Below the pieces are notes generated by a model. That model did not search any database, was not told where the DNA came from, and was given only the letters and a program-made list of their open reading frames with translations. From IMG/VR virus record IMGVR_UViG_3300017917_001176, positions 1 through 64,000 of that record: a stretch of 64,000 bases of DNA; one strand, written 5' to 3'. Positions 1-6,715 of the stretch are shown piece after piece. The number at the start of each line of letters is the position of its first letter. Position 1 is the first letter of the stretch. Origin of the DNA: a virus. The translations under genes were made by a program, and so were the position numbers.

Positions 1-1
1 A

Positions 2-475
2 AAAGCAAAACCAGTAATTAAAAACAAGTTCTGGATTGTTGAACAGGATGGCGAAAAGGTTGCCACCATACAGGCCATTGAAGAAGGCGGATTTGTGTAT
101 GTGCATGATGACCAACGTGAACAGTTTCCCACAGTGAAGCTGCTCAAGAACAAGTTGAACATTGTGTTTGACAAATCTGCTGTTCGCAAACGAGAATCAT
201 TGTCTGTGACCAACGATGTATATGGATATCCAGCTGGTTTCAGGACCTACAATTGTTTGTATGATGTGAGCAGACGACTGCCTATTTTTACTAAAACTGC
301 AAAAAGCAAGAGCTATTTCTGCGCTGGACACTATGCAGTGAAATTCAACAACACCTGGACTCGCGCCTGCTGTCCAAAACTAATTACTCTACAGCGTTAC
401 CAGTTCATTGGTCCATTCAAGACCAATGAAGAGTTAACAGTAGAACTAGGAAAACTATCATGCAAAACAACCTAA
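2..475 (+). CDS. hypothetical phage protein, 5'-truncated
   Basis: Frame is open from base 2 (KAKPVIKNKFWIVEQ...) into ORF 95..475; the true start lies outside the window. Confidence 0.75.
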   Translation, partial: KAKPVIKNKFWIVEQDGEKVATIQAIEEGGFVYVHDDQREQFPTVKLLKNKLNIVFDKSAVRKRESLSVTNDVYGYPAGFRTYNCLYDVSRRLPIFTKTAKSKSYFCAGHYAVKFNNTWTRACCPKLITLQRYQFIGPFKTNEELTVELGKLSCKTT

Positions 476-681
476 CATACCACATCAACATGTTCAATGA
501 TCGTGTACGTGCAATGAATCAAACGCACAAACAGGATCTACGTTTGACCGCAGTAGAAGCAAATAACCTGCAGGCTGATATTTTTGCAATACTGTCGCAG
601 GTTTCAGCTTTGCAGTCCAAATTGGATGCTGCCGAAAGCAACGTGGTAGAAGTGGTTATGGATGGCGGCGGCTTTAAATAA
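460..681 (+). CDS. hypothetical protein (coiled-coil)
   Basis: 73-aa ORF overlapping the upstream stop, same strand. Confidence 0.7.
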   Translation: MQNNLTYHINMFNDRVRAMNQTHKQDLRLTAVEANNLQADIFAILSQVSALQSKLDAAESNVVEVVMDGGGFK

Positions 682-726
682 TATACCCACTTTATGTCAT
701 AAATAATAGATACTAGGATATCGATA

Positions 727-1014
727 ATGTCAAGACCCAAACCAACAGTGTTGCTGGAGTACGTAAACAAGAGCAACTACAAGAGTGAACAAGTACTCAG
801 CAGCGAAGGCATCTGGGCAGTATTCTACGAAGGCAAGCCCATCAACCTTAAGAACCAGAATGTACTGATTGCGTACCCAGGACCAAAATACAAAAAGGTC
901 AGCTTTAGCAATCCGGGCCATGCAATCAACTTGGCCAAAAAGCTAAACGTACTGTTCAAGACCGACAAATTCACAGTGGTCATTCTCAAGCAAGGTGAGC
1001 AGATCTACCCGTAA
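727..1014 (+). CDS. hypothetical phage protein
   Basis: 95-aa ORF with AGGA upstream and a TAAATA motif near 700. Confidence 0.75.
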   Translation: MSRPKPTVLLEYVNKSNYKSEQVLSSEGIWAVFYEGKPINLKNQNVLIAYPGPKYKKVSFSNPGHAINLAKKLNVLFKTDKFTVVILKQGEQIYP

Positions 1015-1345
1015 ACCAGGGCGTCAGCTCAATGCAGAAGCAGGGATGTTTCGTGGCCCTGTACCAAGACAAATTTGGCATAATACTCTCAATCCCGACA
1101 GTCTCAGACTAACCACCGAAGCATATGGTGCGTTGACTAAATACGAAAATAACAAGAACTATTCTTTCAAATTAGAGGTTGCAATGAGCAACCGCATGCT
1201 GCTACAATTAGACAGGTTGATGACAGCTCCTTACTACATAAGCGGCAGGAAGCAGATTCAATTGTTTGGCGAAGCTGATGCAATCATGCTACAATTGCAT
1301 GGTAGCAATCTAGCACAGTACCTGGAGAACTTAGCAAATCAGTAA
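995..1345 (+). CDS. hypothetical protein
   Basis: 116-aa ORF coupled to the previous gene. Confidence 0.65.
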   Translation: MSRSTRKPGRQLNAEAGMFRGPVPRQIWHNTLNPDSLRLTTEAYGALTKYENNKNYSFKLEVAMSNRMLLQLDRLMTAPYYISGRKQIQLFGEADAIMLQLHGSNLAQYLENLANQ

Positions 1346-1408
1346 CACTATTACTTTTTTACTAAGAAAAATATTTTTAAGAAATCTATCCAAAAAGATG
1401 TAAACAGG

Positions 1409-1437
1409 TTGACAGCAGGACTAAATAAATATACAAT
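1409..1437 (+). promoter_or_regulatory. sigma70-type promoter for the leader/tRNA region
   Basis: TTGACA-17 nt-TACAAT. Confidence 0.75.
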
Positions 1438-1491
1438 ACACACATGAACTAGCAACTGCCGGTTCTGTTAAACAAGGAAATGAAACAAAAA

Positions 1492-1629
1492 ATGAAAACG
1501 ACATTCGCTCTCTTTAGCAAATCACATACCCTAGGCTATTCAATGCCTGTGGCCTGTGCGTCTGCGTTTGAGATTAGTAATGATCGCACACCACAGGGAA
1601 ACCGGGGTCCAGGAGACCATGTAAGTTAA
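1492..1629 (+). CDS. putative attenuator leader peptide, 45 aa (MKTTFALFSKSHTLGYSMPVACASAFEISNDRTPQGNRGPGDHVS)
   Basis: Translated by hand; AAGGA at 1474, in-frame ATGs at 1480 and 1492; 3' end overlaps the antiterminator strand. Confidence 0.55.
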   Translation: MKTTFALFSKSHTLGYSMPVACASAFEISNDRTPQGNRGPGDHVS

Positions 1630-1656
1630 CATACCAGTTACTTCCAAACTCCAAGG

Positions 1657-1690
1657 ACCCTAGGATTAAAAACCCTAGGGTTTTTTGTTT
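1657..1690 (+). terminator. intrinsic terminator / attenuator hairpin
   Basis: ACCCTAGG-loop-CCTAGGGT followed by a T-run. Confidence 0.75.
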
Positions 1691-1915
1691 TGTAGCAAGT
1701 GCAATAGGCAACGCGAGCCTGCAGGGCACTATAAACATCCTGCTATTAATGTGGGCGGCAACGGGGATGATAAGTCTGTGGCGATAACGCAGATGTGTAA
1801 AATCCGTTAGTATTAAAGCATTCTCTACCCGCGAGGGGACAAGTGGGTTCATCCATGAAGAGTGCTTTAATACACACTTTGGATGAATCGATATCTGCTC
1901 CTGACGCGGATTTAC

Positions 1916-1943
1916 TTGACAAACAAGAACCAGAGTGTATAAT
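1916..1943 (+). promoter_or_regulatory. sigma70 promoter directly upstream of the first tRNA
   Basis: TTGACA-16 nt-TATAAT. Confidence 0.7.
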
Positions 1944-1952
1944 GTAAATATT

Positions 1953-2036
1953 GCCTCGGTGGTGTAATGGTAGCCACGCTGGTCTTAGAAGCCAGTGTCG
2001 AGAGACGTGTCAGTTCGAGTCTGACCCGAGGCACCA
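1953..2036 (+). tRNA. tRNA-Leu(TAG)
   Basis: Cloverleaf, long variable arm, encoded CCA. Confidence 0.92.
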
Positions 2037-2043
2037 CGTTTAT

Positions 2044-2119
2044 TCCCCAGTAGCTCAGCGGTAGTAGCACTTGACTGTTAATCAAGGTGTCGGTAGTTCG
2101 ATCCTACCCTGGGGAGCCA
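2044..2119 (+). tRNA. tRNA-Asn(GTT)
   Basis: Cloverleaf, CCA. Confidence 0.93.
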
Positions 2120-2120
2120 A

Positions 2121-2277
2121 TTTTCTGAGATAGACGGTAGGATTGCGAGATCCAACGAGTCCTTAGTAGCGGATGCTGGTGAACCAGCCTTTGTTTACCG
2201 TGAACACAAGTACGTACTCTCCTATGCGAGACAATCCAGCGAGGCCCCACCAAAGGGATAGCTGGGCACTCAGAAAA
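2121..2277 (+). ncRNA. unidentified structured RNA between tRNAs
   Basis: Closed by TTTTCTGAG/CTCAGAAAA; internal hairpins such as GCTGG-TGAA-CCAGC. Confidence 0.45.
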
Positions 2278-2287
2278 CCTTTTCAAT

Positions 2288-2365
2288 GCGGGTAGACAGG
2301 ACAAGGGGCGTCCAGCAGCCTTCCAAGCTGAAGATCGCGGAGTTCAACTCTCCCTACCCGCTCCA
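2288..2365 (+). tRNA. tRNA-Gly(TCC)
   Basis: Cloverleaf, T discriminator, CCA. Confidence 0.88.
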
Positions 2366-2370
2366 TACAT

Positions 2371-2445
2371 GGGCTGCTAGTGATAATGGGAGCACGGGGG
2401 CTTTGCACGTCTCAGGTCGGGGTTCGATCCCCCGGCGGTCCACCA
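2371..2445 (+). tRNA. tRNA-Ala(TGC)
   Basis: Cloverleaf, G3:U70, CCA. Confidence 0.92.
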
Positions 2446-2453
2446 TGTTTTAT

Positions 2454-2527
2454 TGCGGGTAGGGTGGTCACCACACCGGTCTCATAAGCCAGGTGCATCG
2501 GCAGTTCGAATCTGTCACCCGCTTCCA
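2454..2527 (+). tRNA. tRNA-Met(CAT), initiator-like with a reduced D-arm
   Basis: CAT anticodon, 1:72 mismatch, T-arm, CCA. Confidence 0.75.
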
Positions 2528-2534
2528 GTTTTAT

Positions 2535-2610
2535 CTCTCTAAAGTGTTATCAGGTTGCATCCGCGGTTTGGGGCCGTGTGGTCTTGGTTCGAATCCAAGT
2601 AGGGAGACCA
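2535..2610 (+). tRNA. tRNA-Pro(TGG)
   Basis: Cloverleaf, CCA. Confidence 0.9.
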
Positions 2611-2617
2611 TTTTTGT

Positions 2618-2691
2618 TGGCGTGTGGTGTAATGGTAACACAACAGACTTTGACTCTGTCGTTCCAGGTTCGAGCCCTGGCATGCCTGCCA
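2618..2691 (+). tRNA. tRNA-Gln(TTG)
   Basis: Cloverleaf, CCA. Confidence 0.92.
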
Positions 2692-2698
2692 AATTTTT

Positions 2699-2776
2699 GC
2701 TCCCGTAACTCAGTTGGATCAGAGTACCATGCTACGAACGTGGGAGTCGGAGGTTCAAGTCCTTCCGGGAGCGCCA
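2699..2776 (+). tRNA. tRNA-Arg(ACG)
   Basis: Cloverleaf, CCA. Confidence 0.93.
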
Positions 2777-2781
2777 GTTAT

Positions 2782-2856
2782 GCCCTTGTATCCTTAGTGG
2801 TAGAGGTCCTGTTTTGTAAGCAGGGTGTGGTGGTTCGATTCCATCCTGGGGCACCA
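2782..2856 (+). tRNA. tRNA-Thr(TGT)
   Basis: Cloverleaf, CCA. Confidence 0.9.
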
Positions 2857-2862
2857 TTCAGT

Positions 2863-2936
2863 GGTGTTGTTGATGTAGTGGTTGCATACTTGACTGTGAA
2901 TCAAGGCGAGAGGGTTCGATCCCCCACAACACCCCA
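2863..2936 (+). tRNA. tRNA-His(GTG)
   Basis: Cloverleaf with G-1:C73, CCA. Confidence 0.9.
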
Positions 2937-2944
2937 AATTTTAT

Positions 2945-3020
2945 GCCTCGTTAGCTCAGCGGTAGTAGCGTCCTCCTTACAAGTGGAATGTCGGCGGTTC
3001 AATCCCGTCACGAGGTACCA
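2945..3020 (+). tRNA. tRNA-Val(TAC)
   Basis: Cloverleaf, CCA. Confidence 0.92.
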
Positions 3021-3025
3021 GTAAT

Positions 3026-3103
3026 GCCCCTGTGGACAAATTGGTAAAGTCGGCTCTCTCAAAAGGAGCAGTTGTCTCCGTTCGAATCGGAGCAGGGGTA
3101 CCA
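3026..3103 (+). tRNA. tRNA-Leu(CAA), short variable loop
   Basis: Cloverleaf, CAA anticodon, A73, CCA. Confidence 0.85.
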
Positions 3104-3110
3104 GTACAAT

Positions 3111-3186
3111 GCAACTTTAGCTGATGTGGTCATAGCGGCGGTTTGAAGCACCGTTGAAGTAGGTTCGATTCCTACAGGTTGCACCA
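3111..3186 (+). tRNA. tRNA-Phe(GAA)
   Basis: Cloverleaf, CCA. Confidence 0.9.
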
Positions 3187-3190
3187 TCAT

Positions 3191-3264
3191 GCTCTTATAG
3201 GTAAATGGCATACCGCATCCATGGTAAGGATGTATTCTAAGTTCGATTCTTAGTAAGAGCACCA
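3191..3264 (+). tRNA. tRNA-Thr(GGT)
   Basis: Cloverleaf, CCA. Confidence 0.9.
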
Positions 3265-3275
3265 GTAAAGTTTAT

Positions 3276-3350
3276 GCCCCCGTAGCTCAGTGGTAGAGCA
3301 TCGTCTTGATAAGGCGAGGGTCGGTGGATCGTTCCCACCCGGTGGCACCA
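3276..3350 (+). tRNA. tRNA-Ile(GAT)
   Basis: Cloverleaf, atypical T-loop ATCGTTC, CCA. Confidence 0.88.
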
Positions 3351-3354
3351 ATTT

Positions 3355-3429
3355 GGAAATGTAGCATAATGGTAGTGCAGCGTCTTCATACGGCGTACAG
3401 TGAAAGTTCGACTCTTTCCATTTCCACCA
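3355..3429 (+). tRNA. tRNA-Met(CAT) elongator, or Ile2
   Basis: Cloverleaf, CAT anticodon, CCA; Met vs Ile2 not resolvable by eye. Confidence 0.85.
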
Positions 3430-3436
3430 GTTTAAT

Positions 3437-3511
3437 GCAGGTATAATTCAGTGGTAGAATGTCTCGTTGCCAACGAGAATGTCGTCGGTTCGAACCCGAC
3501 TACCTGCTCCA
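3437..3511 (+). tRNA. tRNA-Gly(GCC)
   Basis: Cloverleaf, CCA. Confidence 0.93.
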
Positions 3512-3518
3512 GTTGTTA

Positions 3519-3593
3519 CGGTCTTTGGTGAAATGGATATCATCTCTGGCTTCGAACCAGAGGGTGTGGGTTCGATTCCTGCAAGACCGGCCA
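3519..3593 (+). tRNA. tRNA-Arg(TCG)
   Basis: Cloverleaf, CCA. Confidence 0.9.
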
Positions 3594-3599
3594 AGATAT

Positions 3600-3689
3600 G
3601 GAAGTGTGGCTGAGTATGGCTTAAGGCAGCAGTCTTGAAAACTGAAGGCTCGAAAGGGTCCGTGGGTTCGAATCCTACCACTTCCGCCA
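3600..3689 (+). tRNA. tRNA-Ser(TGA)
   Basis: Long variable arm, G73, CCA. Confidence 0.93.
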
Positions 3690-3695
3690 AACAAT

Positions 3696-3783
3696 AGAGA
3701 GTTGCGCGAGCGGCTAAAGCGTCCTGTTTGCTAAACAGTGAGTCCGAAAGGGCACAAGGGTTCGAACCCCTTACTCTCTGCCA
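3696..3783 (+). tRNA. tRNA-Ser(GCT)
   Basis: Long variable arm, G73, CCA. Confidence 0.92.
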
Positions 3784-3803
3784 GTTTGTTGTATTTTTGC
3801 TAC

Positions 3804-3859
3804 TGTTGTAAAAATACAACAAAGTTTTAATTGACCAGAATCCGCTATCCATATACAAT
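3804..3859 (+). promoter_or_regulatory. sigma70 promoter with upstream palindrome
   Basis: TGTTG-N8-CAACA (3804-3821), then TTGACC-17 nt-TACAAT (3831-3859). Confidence 0.7.
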
Positions 3860-3919
3860 AGTGGCTTAGTTAGAAAATACCACTAACTAGCTGTTCATTA
3901 AAAATTTGTTGTGTACATT

Positions 3920-3995
3920 GCACCGTTCGTCTATCGGTTTAGGACACCAGCCTTTCACGTTGGTAAGATGGGTTCGATTCCCATACGGTGTACCA
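3920..3995 (+). tRNA. tRNA-Glu(TTC)
   Basis: Cloverleaf, CCA. Confidence 0.92.
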
Positions 3996-4078
3996 TATTG
4001 AAATACATTAGCAGCGTCGTACCGGTCGCCGGACTTGGGTTGAATTCCCAATAGTGTGTTTCAATATGGTAAAGTTTT

Positions 4079-4165
4079 GGATGTGTAGGAAAATTGGTAA
4101 CCCCAGTGGACTGTAAATCCGCCGCCCTCCGGGCACTGCTGGTTCAACTCCAGCCGCATCCACCA
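4079..4165 (+). tRNA. tRNA-Tyr(GTA)
   Basis: Long variable arm, CCA. Confidence 0.92.
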
Positions 4166-4356
4166 AATTTCCGTTCCCGCTTACGTTAAATGCGGGCGCT
4201 TGATTAGCGATAGAGATCCGGTGTCCAGAAGACCGTTAGCGCAGACGTAAGCAGAATCTGGTAGCATGATCCACACAGGCGAACAAGCAAAGGTGGCGAC
4301 AGGGTTGTAAACTCAGTACGGGGCGACACGAAAAACGTAGCCGTGCAAAGAATTTA

Positions 4357-4431
4357 GGTCTCAAAGTGTTCATGGACGCACGTAGCACTGTCACTGCTAA
4401 AGAAGGGGATCGTTACCCCTTGAGACCGCCA
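4357..4431 (+). tRNA. tRNA-Asp(GTC)
   Basis: Cloverleaf, atypical T-loop ATCGTTA, G73, CCA. Confidence 0.88.
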
Positions 4432-4436
4432 AGTTT

Positions 4437-4519
4437 GCAGATAACGGATAAGGCGGGCGCCGCTTCGGGGGCGTCTAATACCGGTTGCCACAAAGGTTCG
4501 AGTCCTTTGGTCTGCACCA
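4437..4519 (+). ncRNA. tRNA-like RNA lacking a normal anticodon arm
   Basis: Acceptor stem GCAGAT/GTCTGC-ACCA and T-arm AAAGG-TTCGAGT-CCTTT; central hairpin capped by cTTCGg. Confidence 0.6.
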
Positions 4520-4576
4520 ATTTAGAGGAGACTTGCATCCGTGCTCAGTCTTAAACAACACAAGTGTCCTGTAGCA

Positions 4577-4783
4577 AGACGTTCTGCCTAATCAGCAGAT
4601 AGTATGACCCGTACGATGAGAAGTGGTGTGATAGCCAAGGGTGGTAGTCTTCTTACCGAAAGGCCGCTGGCAATGCGAGAACGGAACCTGTCGTGGAGAG
4701 GGTGGAGGCCGTGCGTGATGGTGTGCGATGTAAAGATCGTCACTTGATGCGGTATAATTACCTCCGGGGTTCGCAGAGCATCT
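4577..4783 (+). ncRNA. unidentified ~205-nt structured RNA
   Basis: Closing stem AGACGTTCTGC/GCAGAGCATCT; GC-rich with internal hairpins; no credible ORF. Confidence 0.45.
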
Positions 4784-4885
4784 AATTTAACAAGGAGAAA
4801 GACATGAAACGAGGTAAACTCTAGTGTCACTCTGAACTTCCATGTGGTTCAGGGTTGGCACGTTAAATCAATAAACATGACCAAC

Positions 4886-4962
4886 CCCTCGCTGGCGTTA
4901 ACGGTTAGCGCATCTGACTCTTAATCAGCAAGGTCCAGGTTCGAATCCTGGGCGAGGGACCA
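4886..4962 (+). tRNA. tRNA-Lys(CTT)
   Basis: Cloverleaf, CCA. Confidence 0.9.
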
Positions 4963-4965
4963 TAT

Positions 4966-5042
4966 GGGAGTATAGCTCAACTGGCTAGAGCAACCGGCTT
5001 TTAACCGGTAGGTTCAGGGTTCAAGTCCCTGTGCTCCTACCA
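4966..5042 (+). tRNA. tRNA-Lys(TTT)
   Basis: Cloverleaf, CCA. Confidence 0.93.
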
Positions 5043-5177
5043 TATGAAAACTCTTTGTAGTGGCTACACTGGAACAACACTAAACTTGACCTATTCTGCA
5101 GAACAGTCAAGAGGTGCCAGGAAGAGCGGGGCCACCATGGATTCAAGCGCCACAGAGAGTTTCCATATGGTAAATTT

Positions 5178-5252
5178 GGGCTGCTGGTATAATTGGGAAC
5201 ACACCGCCTTTGCACGGCGGAGTACGGGGTTCAACTCCCCGGCGGTCCACCA
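5178..5252 (+). tRNA. tRNA-Ala(TGC), second copy
   Basis: Cloverleaf, G3:U70, CCA. Confidence 0.9.
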
Positions 5253-5255
5253 AGT

Positions 5256-5466
5256 TTTGTAAGTGTTAGCAAGTGAAGTCACGCTACAAAGGTTTCTTCG
5301 AAGGACCGATGTAGTAGAAGGTTACGGGTTCGATGCCCGACGGATCGGAAGATCCGGGTGCATGGTGGCGCACAGACTGGATGAATCCTAAGTAACGTAC
5401 CGAGTCCCAGCCGGCCTTGATAAATGGGTGAATGGTGCATATAACGATGGTTGCACTACTTACAAA
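5256..5466 (+). ncRNA. unidentified ~210-nt multi-hairpin RNA
   Basis: Closed by TTTGTAAGTGTTAGCAA/TTGCACTACTTACAAA; TTCG and GGAA tetraloop hairpins inside. Confidence 0.5.
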
Positions 5467-5474
5467 TTCAATAT

Positions 5475-5549
5475 GTTGCATTAGACTTCTGGTGAGGTCA
5501 TCACCCTTTCAAGGTGACCAGACGGGATCGTAACCCGTATGCAACTCCA
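5475..5549 (+). tRNA. tRNA-Glu(TTC), divergent second copy
   Basis: Cloverleaf, T-loop ATCGTAA, T discriminator, CCA. Confidence 0.8.
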
Positions 5550-5613
5550 GGCCTCGCCCTAACACATGGCGTATAATAGGACAAATAGTGTGTTGTCTAC
5601 AGACCCCCGCTTT

Positions 5614-5648
5614 GCTAGGTTGTGCGGCAAACAATCTAGCATTTTTTC
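5614..5648 (+). terminator. intrinsic terminator
   Basis: GCTAGGTTGT-loop-ACAATCTAGC followed by ATTTTTT. Confidence 0.65.
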
Positions 5649-5656
5649 AAAAGTTG

Positions 5657-5685
5657 TTGACAGGTATTCGTATCTGTCTTATACT
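5657..5685 (+). promoter_or_regulatory. sigma70 promoter for the large ncRNA
   Basis: TTGACA-17 nt-TATACT. Confidence 0.75.
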
Positions 5686-5701
5686 AGAGACTTAGTTAGA
5701 T

Positions 5702-5834
5702 AACTTTATTTGTTCTGTCTTCTGTAAGCTCAGAAGCAAGATCAAGCATTATGTAACCAAAGCAAACATTCCAGTAAACTCGAGTAAAGCTGGTGAGCGA
5801 GGCATATAGTGCAGAAGGCAGAACAAATAAAGTT
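5702..5834 (+). ncRNA. long-stem-closed RNA element
   Basis: 25-bp stem AACTTTATTTGTTCTGTCTTCTGTA/TGCAGAAGGCAGAACAAATAAAGTT. Confidence 0.5.
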
Positions 5835-5835
5835 T

Positions 5836-6715
5836 AAGGGCAGTTTATTGTCCTCTGGGCGGCTTGCCGTCTAGGAAGAATAAGAGGGGCGACTCTCCCA
5901 AAGCTGGAATGCCTACATACCAGCGCCGCTTGCGGTTCATGTAAACAAGCCTGCTCACTGGGGTGACCCAGCGTTCACTGATAAGACCGGTGGATGTAAC
6001 AGCAAAGCTGATGTATGGGGAAGAATGTGCGTCGACTGGCCCGCAAGGGAACCAGGGTGCATGAAAAGTAACAGGTGGTGCTGACTTCCATACAAAACCA
6101 ATCAGTCAGTTGGTATGAGAAAGGGTAGTGTATTGGTTCGAGGGGTCGCACCCAAGGGCTCGTGCGCAATGTTCGTGGTTGATGGACTGTTTTGATGCAG
6201 GACATTGGTCGCAAAACATCACTGAGTAGCTCGCGAGGCAAAAGGTATGTGGTGAGTTGTATTGGGTAGTCCAAAAGATTATTCAGCAACAGAGGCAGCT
6301 CATCGCGGTAGGTTGATATAGCGTAATGGTAACGCGATTGCCTTTTAAGCAATTGACTGTAGGTTCAAATCCTACTATCAAATAAAAATGCAAAGACTGC
6401 CTCGGTTGTATGTGAAAAGTATCTAACTCTCAGAGCTTTGGCTAACTGAGACTAATGAAGCTCGCAAGGTGACATTAGTTTGTGGAGGGGGGTTCGTAAC
6501 GGTTTAGCGACTGTGAATGGCTCGCAAGGTCAACGGAATGGAATCCGCAGAATAGCATGCAGCGACACGTCTACTGCCTGACGTTAAAAACGGCGATACT
6601 GTAAGCAGACTAGGAGATCCGCAAGGACCCTAGTGGATGTCTAGAGAAGGGTTGCTCGCAAGGCGGCTTATAATGCTAGAGGTGCTTATGGGTAGGATGT
6701 AATCTCAGTCCGCCA
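5836..6715 (+). ncRNA. large structured RNA, probably GOLLD family
   Basis: About 880 nt with no credible ORF, many GCAA/GCGA tetraloop hairpins, located in a phage tRNA array and containing a tRNA; family assignment is from context only. Confidence 0.6.
6312..6383 (+). tRNA. tRNA-Lys(TTT) embedded in the large RNA, no encoded CCA
   Basis: D-arm GCGT/ACGC, anticodon arm ATTGC-CTTTTAA-GCAAT, T-arm GTAGG-TTCAAAT-CCTAC. Confidence 0.78.

Noticed and set aside
1574-6352. ORF-track ORFs across the tRNA/ncRNA island
   Set aside because: They overlap clear tRNA cloverleaves or structured RNA, lack an RBS and show no protein motifs
4520-6715. RNase P RNA, tmRNA or rRNA fragment
   Set aside because: GAGGAAAGTCC/CGGCTTA signatures, tmRNA ends with a tag ORF and rRNA conserved blocks were not found
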